A stretch of DNA of 64,000 bases from an uncultured bacterium (GTDB lineage Bacteria > Auribacterota > Erginobacteria > Erginobacterales > Erginobacteraceae), in the NCBI GenBank assembly GCA_963822585.1, contig CAWGIE010000026.1, positions 64,001 through 128,000 on the forward strand, written 5' to 3'. Made by a program: the position numbers and the translations under genes. Under the pieces are notes generated by a model, which ran no database searches, had not been told where the DNA came from, and worked only from the letters and a program-made list of their open reading frames with translations. Shown here one piece after another: positions 60,242 through 64,000 of this stretch (its first letter is position 1; the number at the start of each line of letters is the position of its first letter).

Positions 60242-61435
60242 ATGAACACCGGAGAACAGATGGGGATAGACAGCCTCACCCCGGATATGGTGCGGTTTTT
60301 ACGGGAGATCGTTGCCATTCCTTCGCCCAGCGGCGGCGAAGGAACGGTCTTAAAACGCGTTGCCGCCGAGATGGCCCAGACGGGCTGGGAAGAGATGCGT
60401 TTCGACGGGATCGGCAACCTTCTGGGGAAGATCGGTTCCGGCAGACATGTCCTGGCGATCGACGCCCACGCCGATACCGTCGGTCCGGGCGCGGCCGCCG
60501 GCTGGAAGTGCGATCCTTACCGGGGTCTGGAGCGCGCCGGCTGGATCTGGGGGAGAGGAACGGTCGATCAAAAAGGAGGCCTGGCGGCCGCGGTCTATGC
60601 GGGTCGCCTGATCAGAGAACAGGGACTGCTGGATGACTATACTCTTTACCTTGCCGTCACCGTTCAGGAGGAAGACTGCGAGGGTATCAGCTGGGACCAT
60701 CTTATTACCAAGGAGAAGTTCCGGCCGGAGGGGGTGATCCTGACCGAGCCCACGAATATGCAAATCAAGAACGGCCAGCTCGGACACCTGGAGATGGTGG
60801 TATCCGCCGCCGGACGTTCCGCCCATGCCTTCTGCCCGGAGAAGGGAGAGAACGCGATCTACCGGATGGCGCCCCTGATCCGGAAGATCCAGGAGATCGC
60901 TCCCCGCCTCGCTTCCCATCCGGCCTTCGGCCGGGGACGGATCAGCGTCACGGATATACGGTCGGAAAGCCCGAGCGGGAACTCGATCCCCGACTCCTGC
61001 CGGATCCTGATCGATCGAAGATTCTGTCCGCAGGAAAGTGAAGAAGACCTGATAGATGAAATCCGGGCGCTTTTCGCCGGCGGCGATTTCACTATCGCCG
61101 TTCCGGTTTACCGGGAGCGCTCTCACTTGGGGGTGATCCTGGAGGGGAAGAAGTTTTTCCCGAGCTGGCTCACGGACAAGAAGACTCCGCTGGTCCGGAG
61201 CGCCCGGGGGGCTCTGCAGTCGCTCCCGGGGGCCCTCCCCGGCGTCGGCACCTGGAGTTTCAGCACCAACGGCGCCAGCACCATGGGAAGACACGGCATC
61301 CCTACGATCGGGTTCGGTCCGGGCGAGGAGATCATGGCTCATCAGCCCGATGAGAGGGTTCCGATCGCACAGCTGTCGGCGGCATGCGCTTTCTATGCCC
61401 ATCTTCCCAAAGAATACTGTCGCCTACTCAATTAA
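60242..61435 (+). CDS. M20/ArgE-family hydrolase (YgeY-like)
   Basis: DAHADTV, GRGTVDQKGG, QEED, TEPT, FSTNG, GFGPG.E..AH. Confidence 0.85.
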   Translation: MNTGEQMGIDSLTPDMVRFLREIVAIPSPSGGEGTVLKRVAAEMAQTGWEEMRFDGIGNLLGKIGSGRHVLAIDAHADTVGPGAAAGWKCDPYRGLERAGWIWGRGTVDQKGGLAAAVYAGRLIREQGLLDDYTLYLAVTVQEEDCEGISWDHLITKEKFRPEGVILTEPTNMQIKNGQLGHLEMVVSAAGRSAHAFCPEKGENAIYRMAPLIRKIQEIAPRLASHPAFGRGRISVTDIRSESPSGNSIPDSCRILIDRRFCPQESEEDLIDEIRALFAGGDFTIAVPVYRERSHLGVILEGKKFFPSWLTDKKTPLVRSARGALQSLPGALPGVGTWSFSTNGASTMGRHGIPTIGFGPGEEIMAHQPDERVPIAQLSAACAFYAHLPKEYCRLLN

Positions 61436-61535
61436 AACCACGAAGGACACGAAGAACACGAAGATTTCTAAAAAATGAGCTGCAGTTTATTTATTTTCTC
61501 GAACCTCCTTCGTGTACTTCGTGTTCTTCGTGGTG
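61436..61535. repeat. Empty acacgaag inverted-repeat element
   Basis: aaccacgaaggacacgaagaacacgaag ... cttcgtgtacttcgtgttcttcgtgg. Confidence 0.8.
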
Positions 61536-61615
61536 AATAACCTCGTTGTTTTAAGACGAAATCTTAAAATGTCTTATTGAATATAGTATGCCTTCAAGCG
61601 AAAGGGAGGGATGAT

Positions 61616-62479
61616 ATGACGGATGAAGTTGGTTATGTTTTCGATGCCACGGAAGCTGATTTTGCGCGGACCGTGGTGGAGAGGTCCCGCCAGCTGCCGG
61701 TGGTCGTCGACTTTTGGGCCGATTGGTGCGCCCCCTGCCGGATGCTGGGCCCGGTCCTGGAAGAAGCGGCCGCTGAACTGAAAGGCCGGATTGTTCTGGC
61801 CAAGGTTGATGTCGACAGGAACCCGGGCCTGGCGGGGCGGTACGAGATCCAGAGCATCCCCGCCGTAAAGATATTCTCCGGAGGCGAGGTGGTCGGCGAG
61901 TTCGTGGGGGCCCTCCCTGCCGACCAGGTGCGAAAGATAATCTCCGGCCTCCTTCCCGATGAAAAGGCCCCCCGGATTGAGGAGGCGAACGGGTATCTGG
62001 AAGGCGGCCGCTGGGAGGAGGCGGAGAAGATCTATCTCCAGCTTCTGGAGGAGGAACCCCGCAACCCCGCCGCCAGTCTGGGGATGGGGATCATCACCTT
62101 CCAGCAGGGCAGATTGGATGAAGCGGAGAAGTATCTGGGCGTCGTCACCAGGGAGACCCCCGGATATGAAAGGGTGCTTCCCATGCTCTCCCGGATCTAT
62201 TTCCAGAAGCTGGAAGTCCCCGATCTGAAGGAGATAACGGCCGCCCTGGCAGCAACTCCGGATGACCCGGGGGCCCTCTTCTCCCTGGCCGTCATCTATG
62301 CCCGGGGAGGAGAATACGAACGGGCGCTGGATACGCTTTTACGGGTCCTCCGGATCGACCGGGAATTCCGGGACGGAGCCGCCCGCGCCGCCTATCTTAA
62401 AATCATTGAGATTATCGGGCGTTCCTCTCCGGCGGCCAAAAAGTATGAACGGGAACTGTCCATGCTGTTATTTTCCTAG
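61616..62479 (+). CDS. Thioredoxin-TPR chaperedoxin (CnoX/YbbN-like)
   Basis: VDFWADWCAPC, IQSIP.V, TPR region, C-terminal RELSMLLFS. Confidence 0.88.
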   Translation: MTDEVGYVFDATEADFARTVVERSRQLPVVVDFWADWCAPCRMLGPVLEEAAAELKGRIVLAKVDVDRNPGLAGRYEIQSIPAVKIFSGGEVVGEFVGALPADQVRKIISGLLPDEKAPRIEEANGYLEGGRWEEAEKIYLQLLEEEPRNPAASLGMGIITFQQGRLDEAEKYLGVVTRETPGYERVLPMLSRIYFQKLEVPDLKEITAALAATPDDPGALFSLAVIYARGGEYERALDTLLRVLRIDREFRDGAARAAYLKIIEIIGRSSPAAKKYERELSMLLFS

Positions 62480-62678
62480 CCCGTGAATCACGGGCGAGGA
62501 AAATAATAGGTGGATTCATTATTCGGTGGTATAAGGTTTTGTTGAAAAAGGCTTTTCAGTCTTGAAGAAGCGGCTGCGCATTAAACCGATATTCCATTAC
62601 TCCACCATTCCATCACTCCAGTACTCCATTTCAACAGAACAGTGGTCCGGCTGAAATGTCGGACCGCCGGCATAATTT

Positions 62679-64000
62679 ATGAATAACGCTAACAACAACG
62701 GCAAGTACATCTGCATCCACGGGCATTTCTACCAGCCGCCCCGTGAGAACCCCTGGCTGGAGGTGGTCGAGGCCGAGGAGTCCGCCTATCCCTTCCATGA
62801 CTGGAATGAACGGATAAACGTTGAATGCTACGCTCCCAACACCGCCTCCCGGATCCTGAACGGGCAGCAACAGATCATCGACATCATGAACAACTATTCC
62901 CGGATCAGCTTCAATTTCGGGCCGACTCTTTTTACCTGGATGGAAAAGAGGAGCCCCGGGACCTACTTGGCGATCCTGGAAGCGGATCTGGAAAGCCGCC
63001 GTCGGTTCTCCGGCCACGGATCGGCGCTGGCCCAGGCGTATAATCATATGATCATGCCCCTGGCGAATACCCGGGACAAGCGCACCCAGATCATCTGGGG
63101 CATCCGTGATTTCGAGCATCGGTTTAAGAGAAAACCGGAGGGAATGTGGCTCCCGGAGACGGCGGTCGACACCGAGACGCTGGAACTCCTGGCCGAGGCG
63201 GGCATTCTCTTCACTATTCTGGCGCCCCGCCAGGCGAGAAGAGTTCGCGTCCTCGGCAACTCCAATTGGGAAAGCGTGGAGGGCGGCAGAGTTGATCCGA
63301 AGATACCCTACCGCTGCAACCTCCCCTCGGGGAGAAATATCGCCCTCTTTTTCTATGACGGCCCTCCTTCCCAGGAGATCGCTTTTTCGAACCTGCTTGA
63401 CAACGGGGAATCATTGGCCCGACGGTTGATCGATACCTTCCTGCCCTCGGCTCCCTACCCCCAGCTGGCCCACATCGCCACCGACGGGGAGACGTACGGT
63501 CATCATCGCGCTCACGGAGATATGGCCCTGGCCGCCTGCCTGCGCTACGTCCAGACGGCGACCGATGTCCGCCTCACCGTATATGGGGAGTACCTTGAGA
63601 AATATCCGCCCACGCATGAAGTGGAGATCGTGGAAAACTCTTCCTGGAGCTGCGTCCACGGAGTGGAACGCTGGCGGGGAAATTGCGGATGCAACTCGGG
63701 GATGCACCGGGGGTGGACACAATCCTGGCGGCACCCTCTCCGGGAAGCCCTGGACTGGCTGCGGGACAGCCTGATCCCGGTTTTCGAACAGGGCATGAAG
63801 GGTATTTTTGACCGACCCTGGCAGGTCCGTGATGAGTACATCTCCGTGATACTGGACCGCACCCGCCGCCACGTCGAAGATTTTCTCGGCCGGAAGGCGG
63901 GGAGGGCGCTGTCGGCTTCCGAGCGGATTACCGCCCTCAAGCTGCTGGAAATGGAGCGTTACGCTCAAATGATGTACACCAGCTGCGGATGGTTCTTTGA
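62679..64000 (+). CDS. GH57/DUF3536-domain glycoside hydrolase (runs off the window edge)
   Basis: ICIHGHFYQPPRENPW, SFNFGPTL, GMWLPET, ATDGETYGHH, SWSC.HGVERW. Confidence 0.9.
   Translation, partial: MNNANNNGKYICIHGHFYQPPRENPWLEVVEAEESAYPFHDWNERINVECYAPNTASRILNGQQQIIDIMNNYSRISFNFGPTLFTWMEKRSPGTYLAILEADLESRRRFSGHGSALAQAYNHMIMPLANTRDKRTQIIWGIRDFEHRFKRKPEGMWLPETAVDTETLELLAEAGILFTILAPRQARRVRVLGNSNWESVEGGRVDPKIPYRCNLPSGRNIALFFYDGPPSQEIAFSNLLDNGESLARRLIDTFLPSAPYPQLAHIATDGETYGHHRAHGDMALAACLRYVQTATDVRLTVYGEYLEKYPPTHEVEIVENSSWSCVHGVERWRGNCGCNSGMHRGWTQSWRHPLREALDWLRDSLIPVFEQGMKGIFDRPWQVRDEYISVILDRTRRHVEDFLGRKAGRALSASERITALKLLEMERYAQMMYTSCGWFF

Overview
Bacterial chromosomal window, GC-rich with AT-richer cargo, probably from an uncultured lineage; taxonomy cannot be fixed from sequence alone. 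(1) 1-27.3 kb is housekeeping and envelope genes. It includes a co-oriented minus-strand cluster (5.4-18.4 kb) where DNA-uptake genes (a 1280-aa ComEC with an apparently inactive MBL domain, two ComEA, a separate intact MBL nuclease) are interleaved with nucleases and nucleoside-catabolism genes (pdp, deoB, punA). (2) 27.3-49.3 kb is an accessory region hanging off a tRNA-Val/tRNA-Asp operon. It contains about 8 tandem, co-oriented cargo cassettes. Seven are closed by the same ~90-125 bp non-coding element fused to a tRNA-Asp-like 3' end, usually next to a terminator, and no integrase is present in the window. Cargo: four secreted proteins with different N-termini but one shared FG-GAP-like tail ending DIPVTR, HicAB and nucleotidyltransferase modules, SatD/DUF3307, DUF4238, and a POT transporter plus PLP enzyme. 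Next to the intact tRNA-Asp are a GIY-YIG mini-element bounded by a tRNA 3'-half duplicate and a 160-bp tandem array of tRNA-Asp pseudogenes whose T-arms carry small hairpin insertions at two fixed positions. (3) 49.4-64 kb is ordinary signalling, alpha-glucan, deoC and chaperone genes. Many intergenic spaces hold inverted-repeat elements built from 7-10-nt units; two enclose a gene (a GxxExxY remnant and a four-helix-bundle gene). All family assignments come from motif recognition by eye, not database searches.
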